Source: Bugula neritina
Taxonomy: Eukaryota > Animalia > Bryozoa
Length of the DNA: 64,000 nucleotides
Reading direction: 5' to 3'
Assembly (NCBI GenBank): GCA_964035545.1
Contig: OZ037768.1
Span: forward strand, 15,233,675-15,297,674
Positions 18,375 through 35,100 of this stretch are shown here, one piece after another. Position 1 is the stretch's first letter, and the number at the start of each line of letters is the position of its first letter. The position numbers were made by a program, and so were the translations under genes. A model generated the notes under the pieces. It was not told the origin of the DNA, did no database searches, and worked only from the letters and a program-made list of their open reading frames with translations.

Positions 18375-21300
18375 CAACCTACTGAAATATACTGCAACAT
18401 ACTGGAATACACTGTAACATACTGAATTACACTGCAACATACTGTAACATACTGAAGTTCACTGCAACACATTGAAATAAACTACAACATACAGAATTAT
18501 ACTTCAACATACTGAAATATACCGAAAAAAATTGAAACATACTGAAATACACTGCAACATACTGAAATATACTGCATGATACTGCAACATACTGATACAC
18601 ATTGTAAGATACTGAAATACACTGCAACATACCGCAACATACTGCAACGTATTGAAATACACTGTAACATATTGAAATATACTGCAACATACTGAAACAT
18701 ACGGCAACATACTGAAATATACTGCGACACATTGAAATATAGTGCAACATACTGAAATATGCTGTAGCATACTGAAATACACTGCAATACACTGAATTTT
18801 ACTGTAACATACAGAAACGTACTGTAACACACTGAAACATACGGCAACATACTAAAATATACTGCGACACATTGAAATATACTGCAACATACTGAAATAC
18901 ACCGTAATATACTAAACTCCACTGCAACATTCTGAAATACACTGTAACACATTGAAATACACTGCAACACATTGAATTATACTGAAATACATTGTGAGGT
19001 ACTGAAATACACTGCAACATACTGCAACATAATGGAATATATGGTAACCTACTGAAATATGTTGAAAACTACTGAAATATACTGCAACATAATGCAACAT
19101 AATGAAAGATACTGCAACATACTGAAATACATTGTAACATACTGAAATACACTGTAACATATTGAAATACACTGCAACATACTGCAACATACTAAAAAAC
19201 ACTGTAACATATTGAAATAAACTGCAACACATTGAAACATTCCGCAACATACCGAAATATATGGTAACCTAATGAAATATACTGTAACACGTTGAAGTAC
19301 ACTGCAACATACTGAAATACACTGCAACACACTAAAGTATACTGTAATTTACAGAAATGTACTGTAACATACTGAAATACACTGTAACATATTGAAAAAC
19401 ACTACAACACATTGAAATATACCGCGACAAACCGAAGTATATGGTAGCCTACTGAAATATATGCGACATATTGAAATATACTGCAACATAATGAATTATG
19501 CTGTAACATACTAAGACATACTGCAACATCCTGAAATATAATGCAACATACTGAAATATACTCCAACATACTAAAATACACTGCAACACACTGCAACCTA
19601 CTGAAATATACTGCAACATACTGGAATACACTGTAACATACTGAATTACACTGCAACATACTGTAACATACTGAAGTTCACTGCAACACATTGAAATAAA
19701 CTGCAACATACAGAATTATACTTCAACATACTGAAATATACCGAAAAAAATTGAAACATACTGAAATACACTGCAACATACTGAAATATACTGCATGATA
19801 CTGCAACATACTGATACACATTGTAAGATACTGAAATACACTGCAACATACCGCAACATACTGCAACGTATTGAAATACACTGTAACATATTGAAATATA
19901 CTGCAACATACTGAAACATACGGCAACATACTGAAATATACTGCGACACATTGAAATATAGTGCAACATACTGAAATATGCTGTAGCATACTGAATTACA
20001 CTGCAATACACTGAATTTTACTGTAACATACAGAAACGTACTGTAACACACTAAAACATACGGCAACATACTAAAATATACTGCGACACATTGAAATATA
20101 CTGCAACATACTGAAATACACCGTAATATACTAAACTCCACTGCAACATTCTGAAATACACTGTAACACATTGAAATACACTGCAACACATTGAATTATA
20201 CTGAAATACATTGTGAGGTACTGAAATACACTGCAACATACTGCAACATAATGGAATATATGGTAACCTACTGAAATATGTTGAAAACTACTGAAATATA
20301 CTGCAAAATAATGCAACATAATGAAAGATACTGCAACATACTGAAATAAACTGCAAGATACTGCAACATACTGAAATACATTGTAACATACTGAAATACA
20401 CTGTAACATATTGAAATACACTGCAACACATTGAAACATTCCGCAACATACCGAAATATATGGTAACCTAATGAAATACACTGTAACACGTTGAAGTACA
20501 CTGCAACATATTGAAATACACTGCAACACACTAAAGTATACTGTAATTTACAGAAATGTACTGTAACATACTGAAACATGCGGCAACATATTGAAATATA
20601 CTGCAACACATTGAAATATACTGCAACTTACTGAAATGTGCTGCAGCATACTGAAATACACTGCAACACAGTGAAGTATACTCTAATATACAGAAATGTA
20701 CTGTAAAATAGTGAAATATACTGCAACATACTGAAATACACCGTAACATACTGAAATACACTGTAACATATTGAAATACACTGCAACACACCAACATATA
20801 CTTAAACATACCAAAAAACATGGTAAACTACTGAAATATGTTACAAACTATTGAAACATACTGCAACATAATGAAATATACTGCAACATACTGAAAGATA
20901 TTGCAACATACTGCAACATACTGAAATACACTGTAGAATACTGCAATATACTGCAACATACTGAAATATACTGCAAGATACTGCAAAATACTGAAATACA
21001 TTGTAAGATACCTAATTACACTGCAACATACTGCAACATACTGCAACATATTGAAATACACTGTAACATATTGAAAAACACTACAACACATTGAAATTTA
21101 CCGCAACATACCGAAGTATATGGTAGCCTACTGAAATATACTGCGACATATTGAAATATATTGCAACATAATGAAATATGCTGTAACATACTAAGACATA
21201 CTGCAACATATGGAAATATAATGCAACATACTGAAATATACTCCAACATACTAAAATACACTGCAACACACTGCAACATACTGAAATATACTGCAACATA

Positions 21301-24300
21301 CTGAAATACACTGTAACATACTGAATTACACTGCAACATACTGTAACATACTGAAGTTCACTGCAACACATTGAAATGAACTGCAACATACGAAATTATA
21401 CTTCAACATACTAAAAAAAACCGAAAAAAATTGATACATGCTGTAATACACTGTAACATACCGAAATACACTGTAACATATTGGAATGCACTGCAACACA
21501 TTGAAATATACCGCAAGATACCGAAATGTTTGGTAACCTACTGAAATATGCTGTAACACATTGAAACATACTGCAACACATTGAAATAAACCGCAACATA
21601 CTGAAATATGCTACAGCATACTGAAATACACTGCAAGACACTGAAGTATACTGTAGTATACAGAAATGTACTGTAACATACTGAAATCTATGGCAACATA
21701 CTTAAATGTACTGCAACATACTTAAGTATACTGCAACAAACTGAATATACGGTAACCTACCGAAATATGTTGCAAACTCCTAAAATATACTAAGTCACCA
21801 AAAATATTGCAGTTGTGCAACATAATGTAATATACCGCAAAAACATTGAAATATCCTGCAACAGCTTAAGAGATACTGCAAAATACTGCAACATACTGAA
21901 ATACACTGTAACATACTGAAATACACTGCAACATACTGAAATACACTGTAACATATTAAAATACACTGCAACACACTGAAATATACTGAAATATACCGAA
22001 ATATATGGTAACCTACTGAAATATGTTGCAAACCACTGAAATATACTGCAACATACTGCAACATAATGAAGTATACTGCAACATACTGAAATATACTGCA
22101 AGATACTGCAACATACTGAAATACACTGTAACATACTGAAATACACTGCAACATACTGAAATATACTGCATGATACTGCAACATACTGAAACACATTGTA
22201 AGACACTTAAATACACTGCAACATACCGCAACATACGGCAACGTACTGAAATACACTGTAACATATTGAAAAACACTGCAACACATTGAAATATACTGCA
22301 ACATACTGAAACATACAGCAACATACTGAAATATACTGCGACACATTGAAATACAATGCAACATACTGAAATATGCTTTAGCATACTGAAATACACTGCA
22401 ATACACTGAAGTATACTGTAATATACAGAAACGTACTGTTACATACTGAAACGTACGGCAACATACTAAAATATACTGCGACACATTGAAATATACTGCA
22501 ACATACTGAAATACACCGTAACATACTAAACTCCACTGCAACATTCTGAAATACACTGTAACTCATTGAAATACACTGCAACACATTGAATTATACTGAA
22601 ATACATTGTGAGATACTGAAATACACTGCAACATACTGCAACATGATGGAATATATGGTAACCTACTGAAATATGTTGAAAACTACTGAAATATACTGCA
22701 ACATAATGCAACATAATGAAAGATACTGCAACATACTGAAATAAACTGCAAGATACTGCAACATACTGAAATACACTGTAACATACTGAAATACACTGTA
22801 ACATATTGAAATACACTGCAACACATTGAAACATTCCGCAACATACCGAAATATATGGTAACCTAATGAAATATACTGTAACACGTTGAAGTACACTGCA
22901 CCATACTGAAATACACTGCAACACACTAAAGTATACTGTAATTTACAGAAATGTACTGTAACATACTGAAACATGCGGCAACATATTGAAATATACTGCA
23001 ACACATTGAAATATACTGCAACTTACTGAAATGTGCTGCAGCATACTGAAATACACTGCAACACAGTGAAGTATACTCTAATATACAGAAATGTACTGAA
23101 AAATACTGAAATATACTGCAACATACCGAAATATATGGTAACCAACTGAAGTATGTTGCAAACTACTGAAATATACTGCAACATACTGAAATACACCGTA
23201 ACATACTGAAATACACTGCAACATACTGAAATACACCGTAACATACTGAAATACACTGTAACATATTGAAATACACTGCAACACACCAAAATATACTTAA
23301 ACATACCAAAAAATATAGTAAACTACTGAAATATGTTACAAACTATTGAAACATACTGCAACATAATGAAATATACTGCAACATACTGAAAGATATTGCA
23401 ACATACTGCAACATACTGAAATACACTGTAGAATACTGCAATATACTGCAACATACTGAAATATACTGCAAGATACTGCAAAATACTGAAATACATTGTA
23501 AGATACCTAATTACACTGCAACATACTGCAACATACTGCAACATATTGAAATACACTGTAACATATTGAAAAACACTACAACACATTGAAATTCACCGCA
23601 ACATACCGAAGTATATGGTAGCCTACTGAAATATACTGCGACATATTGAAATATATTGCAACATAATGAAATATGCTGTAACATACTAAGACATACTGCA
23701 ACATATGGAAATATAATGCAACATACTGAAATATACTCCAACATACTAAAATACACTGCAACACACTGCAACATACTGAAATATACTGCAACATACTGAA
23801 ATACACTGTAACATACTGAATTACACTGCAACATACTGTAACATACTGAAGTTCACTGCAACACATTGAAATGAACTGCAACATACGAAATTATACTTCA
23901 ACATACTAAAAAAAACCGAAAAATATTGAAACATGCTGTAATACACTGTAACATACCGAAATACACTGTAACATATTGGAATGCACTGCAACACATTGAA
24001 ATATACCGCAACATACTGAAATATGCTACAGCATACTGAAATACACTGCAAGACACTGAATTATACTGTAGTATACAGAAATGTACTGTAACATACTGAA
24101 ATCTATGGCAACATACTTAAATGTACTGCAACATACTTAAGTATACTGCAACAAACTGAATATACGGTAACCTACCGAAATATGTTGCAAACTCCTAAAA
24201 TATACTAAGTCACCAAAAATATTGCAGTTGTGCAACATAATGTAATATACCGCAAAAACATTGAAATATCCTGCAACAGCTTAAGAGATACTGCAAAATA

Positions 24301-27300
24301 CTGCAACATACTGAAATACACTCTAACATACTGAAATACACTGCAACATACTGAAATACACTGTAACATATTAAAATACACTGCAACACACTGAAATATA
24401 CTGAAATATACCGAAATATATGGTAACCTAATGAAATACACTGTAACACGTTGAAGTACACTGCAACATATTGAAATACACTGCAACACACTAAAGTATA
24501 CTGTAATTTACAGAAATGTACTGTAACATACTGAAACATGCGGCAACATATTGAAATATACTGCAACACATTGAAATATACTGCAACTTACTGAAATGTG
24601 CTGCAGCATACTGAAATACACTGCAACACAGTGAAGTATACTCTAATATACAGAAATGTACTGTAAAATACTGAAATATACTGCAACATACTGAAATACA
24701 CTGTAACATATTGAAATACACTGCAACACACCAAAATATACTTAAACATACCAAAAAATATGGTAAACTACTGAAATATGTTACAAACTATTGAAACATA
24801 CTGCAACATAATGAAATATACTGCAACATACTGAAAGATATTGCAACATACTGCAACATACTGAAATACACTGTAGAATACTGCAATATACTGCAACATA
24901 CTGAAATATACTGCAACATACTGAAATACACTGTAACATACTGAATTACACTGCAACATACTGTAACATACTGAAGTTCACTGCAACACATTGAAATGAA
25001 CTGCAACATACGAAATTATACTTCAACATACTAAAAAAAACCGAAAAATATTGAAACATGCTGTAATACACTGTAACATACTGAAATACACTGTAACATA
25101 TTGGAATGCACTGCAACACATTGAAATATACCGCAAGATACCGAAATGTTTGGTAACCTACTGAAATATGCTGTAACACATTGAAACATACTGCAACACA
25201 TTGAAATAAACCGCAACATACTGAAATATGCTACAGCATACTGAAATACACTGCAAGACACTGAATTATACTGTAGTATACAGAAATGTACTGTAACATA
25301 CTGAAATCTATGGCAACATACTTAAATGTACTGCAACATACTTAAGTATACTGCAACAAACTGAATATACGGTAACCTACCGAAATATGTTGCAAACTCC
25401 TAAAATATACTAAGTCACCAAAAATGTTGCAGTTGTGCAACATAATGTAATATACCGCAAAAACATTGAAATATCCTGCAACAGCTTAAGAGATACTGCA
25501 AAATACTGCAACATACTGAAATACACTCTAACATACTGAAATACACTGCAACAAACTGAAATACACTGTAACATATTAAAATACACTGCAACACACTGAA
25601 ATATACTGAAATATACCGAAATATATGGTAACCTACTGAAATATGTTGCAAACCACCGAAATATACTGCAACATACTGCAACATAATGAAGTATACTGCA
25701 ACATACTGAAATATACTGCAAGATACTGCAACATACTGAAATACACTGTAACATACTGAAATACACTGCAACATACTGAAATATACTGCATGATACTGCA
25801 ACATACTGAAACACATTGTAAGACACTTAAATACACTGCAACATACCGCAACATACGGCAACGTATTGAAATACACTGTAACATATTGAAAAACACTGCA
25901 ACACATTGAAATATACTGCAACATACTGAAACATACAGCAACATACTGAAATATACTCCAACATACTAAAATACACTGCAACACACTGCAACATACTGAA
26001 ATATACTGCAACATACTGAAATACACTGTTACATACTGAATTACACTGCAACATACTGTAACATACTGAAGTTCACTGCAACACATTGAAATAAACTGCA
26101 ACATACGGAATTATACTTCAACATACTGAGAAATACCGAAAAATATTGAAACATGCTGTAATACGCTGTAACATACTGAAATACACTGTAACATATTGGA
26201 ATGCACTGCAACACATTGAAATATACCGCAACATACCGAAATGTTTGGTAACCTACTTAAATATGCTGTAACGCATTGAAATATACTGCAACACATTGAA
26301 ATATACCGCAACATACTAAAATATGCTACAGCATACTGAAATACACTGCAAGACACTGAAGTATACTGTAATAGACAGAAATGTACTGTAACATACTGAA
26401 ACTTATGGCAACATACTTAAATGTACTGCAACATACTTAAATATACCGCAACAAACTAAATATACGGTAACCTACCGAAATATGTTGCAAAGTCCTAAAA
26501 TATACTAAGTCACGAAAAAATATCGCAACTGTGCAACATAATGAAATATACCGCAAAAACATTGAAATATCCTGCAACAGCTTAAGAGATACTGCAAAAC
26601 ACTGCAACATACTGAAACACACAGTAACATACTGAATTATACTGAAATACATTGTAAGATACTGAAATAGACTGCAACATACTGCAACATAATGGAATAT
26701 ATGGTAACCTACTGAAATATGTTGAAAACTACTGAAATATACTGCAACATTATGCAACATAATGAAAGATACTGCAACATACTGAAATAAACTGCAAGAT
26801 ACTGCAACATACTGAAATACACTGTAACATACTGAAATACACTGTAACATATTGAAATACACTGCAACATACTGCAACATACTAAAAAACACTGTAACAT
26901 ATTGAAATAAACTGCAACACATTGAAACATTCCGCAACATACCGAAATATATGGTAACCTAATGAAATATACTGTAACACGTTGAAGTACACTGCAACAT
27001 ACTGAAATACACTGCAACACACTAAAGTATACTGTAATTTACAGAAATGTACTGTAACATACTGAAATACACTGTAACATATTGAAAAACACTACAACAC
27101 ATTGAAATATACCGCAACAAACCGAAGTATATGGTAGCCTACTGAAATATACTGCGACATATTGAAATATACTGCAACATAATGAATTATGCTGTAACAT
27201 ACTAAGACATACTGCAACATCCTGAAATATAATGCAACATACTGAAATATACTCCAACATACTAAAATACACTGCAACACACTGCAACCTACTGAAATAT

Positions 27301-30300
27301 ACTGCAACATACTGGAATACACTGTAACATACTGAATTACACTGCAACATACTGTAACATACTGAAGTTCACTGCAACACATTGAAATAAACTGCAACAT
27401 ACAGAATTATACTTCAACATACTGAAATATACCGAAAAAAATTGAAACATACTGAAATACACTGCAACATACTGAAATATACTGCATGATACTGCAACAT
27501 ACTGATACACATTGTAAGATACTGAAATACACTGCAACATACCGCAACATACTGCAACGTATTGAAATACACTGTAACATATTGAAATATACTGCAACAT
27601 ACTGAAACATACGGCAACATACTGAAATATACTGCGACACATTGAAATATAGTGCAACATACTGAAATATGCTGTAGCATACTGAAATACACTGCAATAC
27701 ACTGAATTTTACTGTAACATACAGAAACGTACTGTAACACACTGAAACATACGGCAACATACTAAAATATACTGCGACACATTGAAATATACTGCAACAT
27801 ACTGAAATACACCGTAATATACTAAACTCCACTGCAACATTCTGAAATACACTGTAACACATTGAAATACACTGCAACACATTGAATTATACTGAAATAC
27901 ATTGTGAGGTACTGAAATACACTGCAACATACTGCAACATAATGGAATATATGGTAACCTACTGAAATATGTTGAAAACTACTGAAATATACTGCAACAT
28001 AATGCAACATAATGAAAGATACTGCAACATACTGAAATACATTGTAACATACTGAAATACACTGTAACATATTGAAATACACTGCAACATACTGCAACAT
28101 ACTAAAAAACACTGTAACATATTGAAATAAACTGCAACACATTGAAACATTCCGCAACATACCGAAATATATGGTAACCTAATGAAATATACTGTAACAC
28201 GTTGAAGTACACTGCAACATACTGAAATACACTGCAACACACTAAAGTATACTGTAATTTACAGAAATGTACTGTAACATACTGAAATACACTGTAACAT
28301 ATTGAAAAACACTACAACACATTGAAATATACCGCGACAAACCGAAGTATATGGTAGCCTACTGAAATATATGCGACATATTGAAATATACTGCAACATA
28401 ATGAATTATGCTGTAACATACTAAGACATACTGCAACATCCTGAAATATAATGCAACATACTGAAATATACTCCAACATACTAAAATACACTGCAACACA
28501 CTGCAACCTACTGAAATATACTGCAACATACTGGAATACACTGTAACATACTGAATTACACTGCAACATACTGTAACATACTGAAGTTCACTGCAACACA
28601 TTGAAATAAACTGCAACATACAGAATTATACTTCAACATACTGAAATATACCGAAAAAAATTGAAACATACTGAAATACACTGCAACATACTGAAATATA
28701 CTGCATGATACTGCAACATACTGATACACATTGTAAGATACTGAAATACACTGCAACATACCGCAACATACTGCAACGTATTGAAATACACTGTAACATA
28801 TTGAAATATACTGCAACATACTGAAACATACGGCAACATACTGAAATATACTGCGACACATTGAAATATAGTGCAACATACTGAAATATGCTGTAGCATA
28901 CTGAATTACACTGCAATACACTGAATTTTACTGTAACATACAGAAACGTACTGTAACACACTAAAACATACGGCAACATACTAAAATATACTGCGACACA
29001 TTGAAATATACTGCAACATACTGAAATACACCGTAATATACTAAACTCCACTGCAACATTCTGAAATACACTGTAACACATTGAAATACACTGCAACACA
29101 TTGAATTATACTGAAATACATTGTGAGGTACTGAAATACACTGCAACATACTGCAACATAATGGAATATATGGTAACCTACTGAAATATGTTGAAAACTA
29201 CTGAAATATACTGCAAAATAATGCAACATAATGAAAGATACTGCAACATACTGAAATAAACTGCAAGATACTGCAACATACTGAAATACATTGTAACATA
29301 CTGAAATACACTGTAACATATTGAAATACACTGCAACACATTGAAACATTCCGCAACATACCGAAATATATGGTAACCTAATGAAATACACTGTAACACG
29401 TTGAAGTACACTGCAACATATTGAAATACACTGCAACACACTAAAGTATACTGTAATTTACAGAAATGTACTGTAACATACTGAAACATGCGGCAACATA
29501 TTGAAATATACTGCAACACATTGAAATATACTGCAACTTACTGAAATGTGCTGCAGCATACTGAAATACACTGCAACACAGTGAAGTATACTCTAATATA
29601 CAGAAATGTACTGTAAAATAGTGAAATATACTGCAACATACTGAAATACACCGTAACATACTGAAATACACTGTAACATATTGAAATACACTGCAACACA
29701 CCAACATATACTTAAACATACCAAAAAACATGGTAAACTACTGAAATATGTTACAAACTATTGAAACATACTGCAACATAATGAAATATACTGCAACATA
29801 CTGAAAGATATTGCAACATACTGCAACATACTGAAATACACTGTAGAATACTGCAATATACTGCAACATACTGAAATATACTGCAAGATACTGCAAAATA
29901 CTGAAATACATTGTAAGATACCTAATTACACTGCAACATACTGCAACATACTGCAACATATTGAAATACACTGTAACATATTGAAAAACACTACAACACA
30001 TTGAAATTTACCGCAACATACCGAAGTATATGGTAGCCTACTGAAATATACTGCGACATATTGAAATATATTGCAACATAATGAAATATGCTGTAACATA
30101 CTAAGACATACTGCAACATATGGAAATATAATGCAACATACTGAAATATACTCCAACATACTAAAATACACTGCAACACACTGCAACATACTGAAATATA
30201 CTGCAACATACTGAAATACACTGTAACATACTGAATTACACTGCAACATACTGTAACATACTGAAGTTCACTGCAACACATTGAAATGAACTGCAACATA

Positions 30301-32145
30301 CGAAATTATACTTCAACATACTAAAAAAAACCGAAAAAAATTGATACACGCTGTAATACACTGTAACATACCGAAATACACTGTAACATATTGGAATGCA
30401 CTGCAACACATTGAAATATACCGCAAGATACCGAAATGTTTGGTAACCTACTGAAATATGCTGTAACACATTGAAACATACTGCAACACATTGAAATAAA
30501 CCGCAACATACTGAAATATGCTACAGCATACTGAAATACACTGCAAGACACTGAAGTATACTGTAGTATACAGAAATGTACTGTAACATACTGAAATCTA
30601 TGGCAACATACTTAAATGTACTGCAACATACTTAAGTATACTGCAACAAACTGAATATACGGTAACCTACCGAAATATGTTGCAAACTCCTAAAATATAC
30701 TAAGTCACCAAAAATATTGCAGTTGTGCAACATAATGTAATATACCGCAAAAACATTGAAATATCCTGCAACAGCTTAAGAGATACTGCAAAATACTGCA
30801 ACATACTGAAATACACTGTAACATACTGAAATACACTGCAACATACTGAAATACACTGTAACATATTAAAATACACTGCAACACACTGAAATATACTGAA
30901 ATATACCGAAATATATGGTAACCTACTGAAATATGTTGCAAACCACTGAAATATACTGCAACATACTGCAACATAATGAAGTATACTGCAACATACTGAA
31001 ATATACTGCAAGATACTGCAACATACTGAAATACACTGTAACATACTGAAATACACTGCAACATACTGAAATATACTGCATGATACTGCAACATACTGAA
31101 ACACATTGTAAGACACTTAAATACACTGCAACATACCGCAACATACGGCAACGTACTGAAATACACTGTAACATATTGAAAAACACTGCAACACATTGAA
31201 ATATACTGCAACATACTGAAACATACAGCAACATACTGAAATATACTGCGACACATTGAAATACAATGCAACATACTGAAATATGCTTTAGCATACTGAA
31301 ATACACTGCAATACACTGAAGTATACTGTAATATACAGAAACGTACTGTTACATACTGAAACGTACGGCAACATACTAAAATATACTGCGACACATTGAA
31401 TTATACTGCAACATACTGAAATACACCGTAACATACTAAACTCCACTGCAACATTCTGAAATACACTGTAACTCATTGAAATACACTGCAACACATTGAA
31501 TTATACTGAAATACATTGTGAGATACTGAAATACACTGCAACATACTGCAACATGATGGAATATATGGTAACCTACTGAAATATGTTGAAAACTACTGAA
31601 ATATACTGCAACATAATGCAACATAATGAAAGATACTGCAACATACTGAAATAAACTGCAAGATACTGCAACATACTGAAATACACTGTAACATACTGAA
31701 ATACACTGTAACATATTGAAATACACTGCAACACATTGAAACATTCCGCAACATACCGAAATATATGGTAACCTAATGAAATATACTGTAACACGTTGAA
31801 GTACACTGCACCATACTGAAATACACTGCAACACACTAAAGTATACTGTAATTTACAGAAATGTACTGTAACATACTGAAACATGCGGCAACATATTGAA
31901 ATATACTGCAACACATTGAAATATACTGCAACTTACTGAAATGTGCTGCAGCATACTGAAATACACTGCAACACAGTGAAGTATACTCTAATATACAGAA
32001 ATGTACTGAAAAATACTGAAATATACTGCAACATACCGAAATATATGGTAACCAACTGAAGTATGTTGCAAACTACTGAAATATACTGCAACATACTGAA
32101 ATACACCGTAACATACTGAAATACACTGCAACATACTGAAATACA
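14305..32145 (+). repeat. 8910-bp higher-order repeat, 2 near-identical tandem copies (~14305-23214, ~23215-32145)
   Basis: Constant offset 8910 (14413/23323, 15295/24205, 18427/27337, 21790/30700, 23023/31933). Shared private variants include acagtaac (17711/26621) and a 1-bp deletion (~19461/~28371). Confidence 0.92.
17915..20345 (+). repeat. ~1.22-kb tandem duplication nested in the 8910-bp HOR (repeated at ~26825-29255)
   Basis: Offsets 1220 (17971/19191) and 1219 after the 1-bp deletion (18427/19646, 18912/20131). Confidence 0.8.
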
Positions 32146-35100
32146 CTGTAACATATTGAAATACACTGCAACACACCAAAATATACTGAAACATACCAAA
32201 AAATATGGTAAACTACTGAAATATGGTACAAACTATTGAAACATACTGCAACATAATGAAATATACTGCAACATACTGAAAGATATTGCAACATACTGCA
32301 ACATACTGAAATACACTGTAGAATACTGCAATATACTGCAACATACTGCAACATACTGAAATACATTGTAAGATACCTAAATACACTGCAACATACTGCA
32401 ACATACTGCAACATATTGAAATACACTGTAACATATTGAAAAACACTACAACACATTGAAATATACCGCAACATACCGAAGTATATGGTAGCCTACTGAA
32501 ATATACTGCGACATATTGAAATATACCACAACATAATGAAATATGCTGTGACATACTAAGACATACTGCAACATACGGAAATATAATGCAACATACTGAA
32601 ATATACTCCAACATACCAAAATACACTGCAACACACTGCAACATACTGAAATATACTGCAACATACTGAAATACTCTGTAACATACTGAATTACACTGCA
32701 ACATACTGTAACATACTGAAGTTCACTGCAACACATTGAAATAAACTGCAACATAGGAAATTATACTTCAACATACTAAAAAAAACCGAAAAATATTGAA
32801 ACATGCTGTAATACACTGTAACATACTGAAATACACTGTAACATATTGGAATGCACTGCAACACATTGAAATATACCGCAACATACCGAAATGTTTGGTA
32901 ACCTACTGAAATATGCTGTAACACATTGAAACATACTGCAACACATTGAAATAAACCGCAACATACTGAAATATGCTACAGCATACTGAAATACACTGCA
33001 AGACATTGAAGTATACTGTAGTATACAGAAATGTACTGTAACATACTGAAATCTATGGCAACATACTTAAATGTACTGCAACATACTTAAGTATACTGCA
33101 ACAAACTGAATATACGGTAACCTACCGAAATACGTTGCAAACTCCTAAAATATACTAAGTCACCAAAAAATATTGCAGTTCTGCAACATAATGTAATATA
33201 CTGCAAAAAAATTGAAATATCCTGCAACAGCTTAAGAGATACTGCAAAATACTGCAACATACTGAAATACACTGTAACATACTGAATTACACTGCAACAT
33301 ACTGCAAAATACTGAAATATACTGTAACATACTAAAACATACTGCAACAAACTGAAAACTAATACAAAATACTGAATTACACTGCAACATACTGAAACAT
33401 ACCTAAAAATATCGAAACACACTGAAATACACTGTAACATTCTGAAATACACTGCAACAAATTGGAATATACTGCAACATACCGAAATATATGGTAACCT
33501 ACTGAAATATGTTGCAAACTACTGAATTATACTGCAACATACTGCAACATAATGAAGTATACTGCAACATACTGAAAAATACTGCAAGATTCTGCAACAT
33601 ACTGAAATACACTGTAACATACTGTAAGACACTGCAACATACTGAAATATACTGCAAGATACTGCAAAATAATGAAACACAATGTAAGATACTGAAATAC
33701 ACTGCAACATACTGCAACATACTGCAACATATTGAAATACACTGTAACCTATTGAAAAACACTGTAACACATTGAAATATACTGCAACATACAGAAACAT
33801 ACGGCAACATACTGAAATATACTGCTACACATTGAAGTATACTGTAATACACAGAAAAGTACTGTAACATACTGAAAAGTACTGCAACATGCTGAAATAT
33901 ACTGCAAAATACTGAATTACACTGTAACGTACTGAAATACACTGCAACATACTGAAATACACTGTAACATATTAAAATACACTGCAACACACTGAAATAT
34001 ACTGAAATATACCGAAATATATGGTAACCTACTGAAATATGTTGCAAACCACTGAAATATACTGCAACATACTGCAACATAATGAAGTATACTGCAACAT
34101 ACTGAAATATACTGCAAGATACTGCAACATACTGAAATACACTGTAACATACTGAAATACACTGCAACATACTGAAATATACTGCATGATACTGCAACAT
34201 ACTGAAACACATTGTAAGACACTTAAATACACTGCAACATACCGCAACATACGGCAACGTATTGAAATACACTGTAACATAATGAAAAACACTGCAACAC
34301 ATTGAAATATACTGCAACACACTGAAACATACAGCAACATACTGAAATATACTGCGACACATTGAAATACAATGCAACATACTGAAATATGCTGTAGCAT
34401 ACTGAAATACACTGCAATACACTGAAGTATACTGTAATATACAGAAACGTACTGTTACATACTGAAACGTACGGCAACATACTAAAATATACTGCGACAC
34501 ATTGAAATATACTGCAACATACTGAAATACACCGTAACATACTAAACTTCACTGCAACATACTGAAATACACTGCAACATACTGCAACATAATGAAATAT
34601 ATGGTAACCTACTGAAATATGTTGAAAACTACTGAAATATACTGCAACATAATGCAACATTATGAAAGATACTGCAACATACTGAAATAAACTGCAAGAT
34701 ACTGCAACATACTGAAATACACTGTAAAATACTGAAATACACTGTAACATATTGAAATACACTGCAATATACTGCAACATACTGAAAAACACTGTAACAT
34801 TTTGAAATACACTGCAACACACTGAAACATTCCGCAACATACTGAAATATATGGTAACCTAATGAAATATACTGTAACACGTTGAAGTACACTGCAACAT
34901 ACTGAACTACACTGCAACCCACTAAAATATACTGTAATTTACAGAAATGTACTGTAACATACTGAAACATGCGGCAACATATTGAAATATACTGCAACAC
35001 ATTGAAATATACTGCAACTTACTGAAATGTGCTGTAGCATACTGAAATACACTGCAACACACTGAAGTATACTGTAATATACAGAAATGTACTGTAAAAA

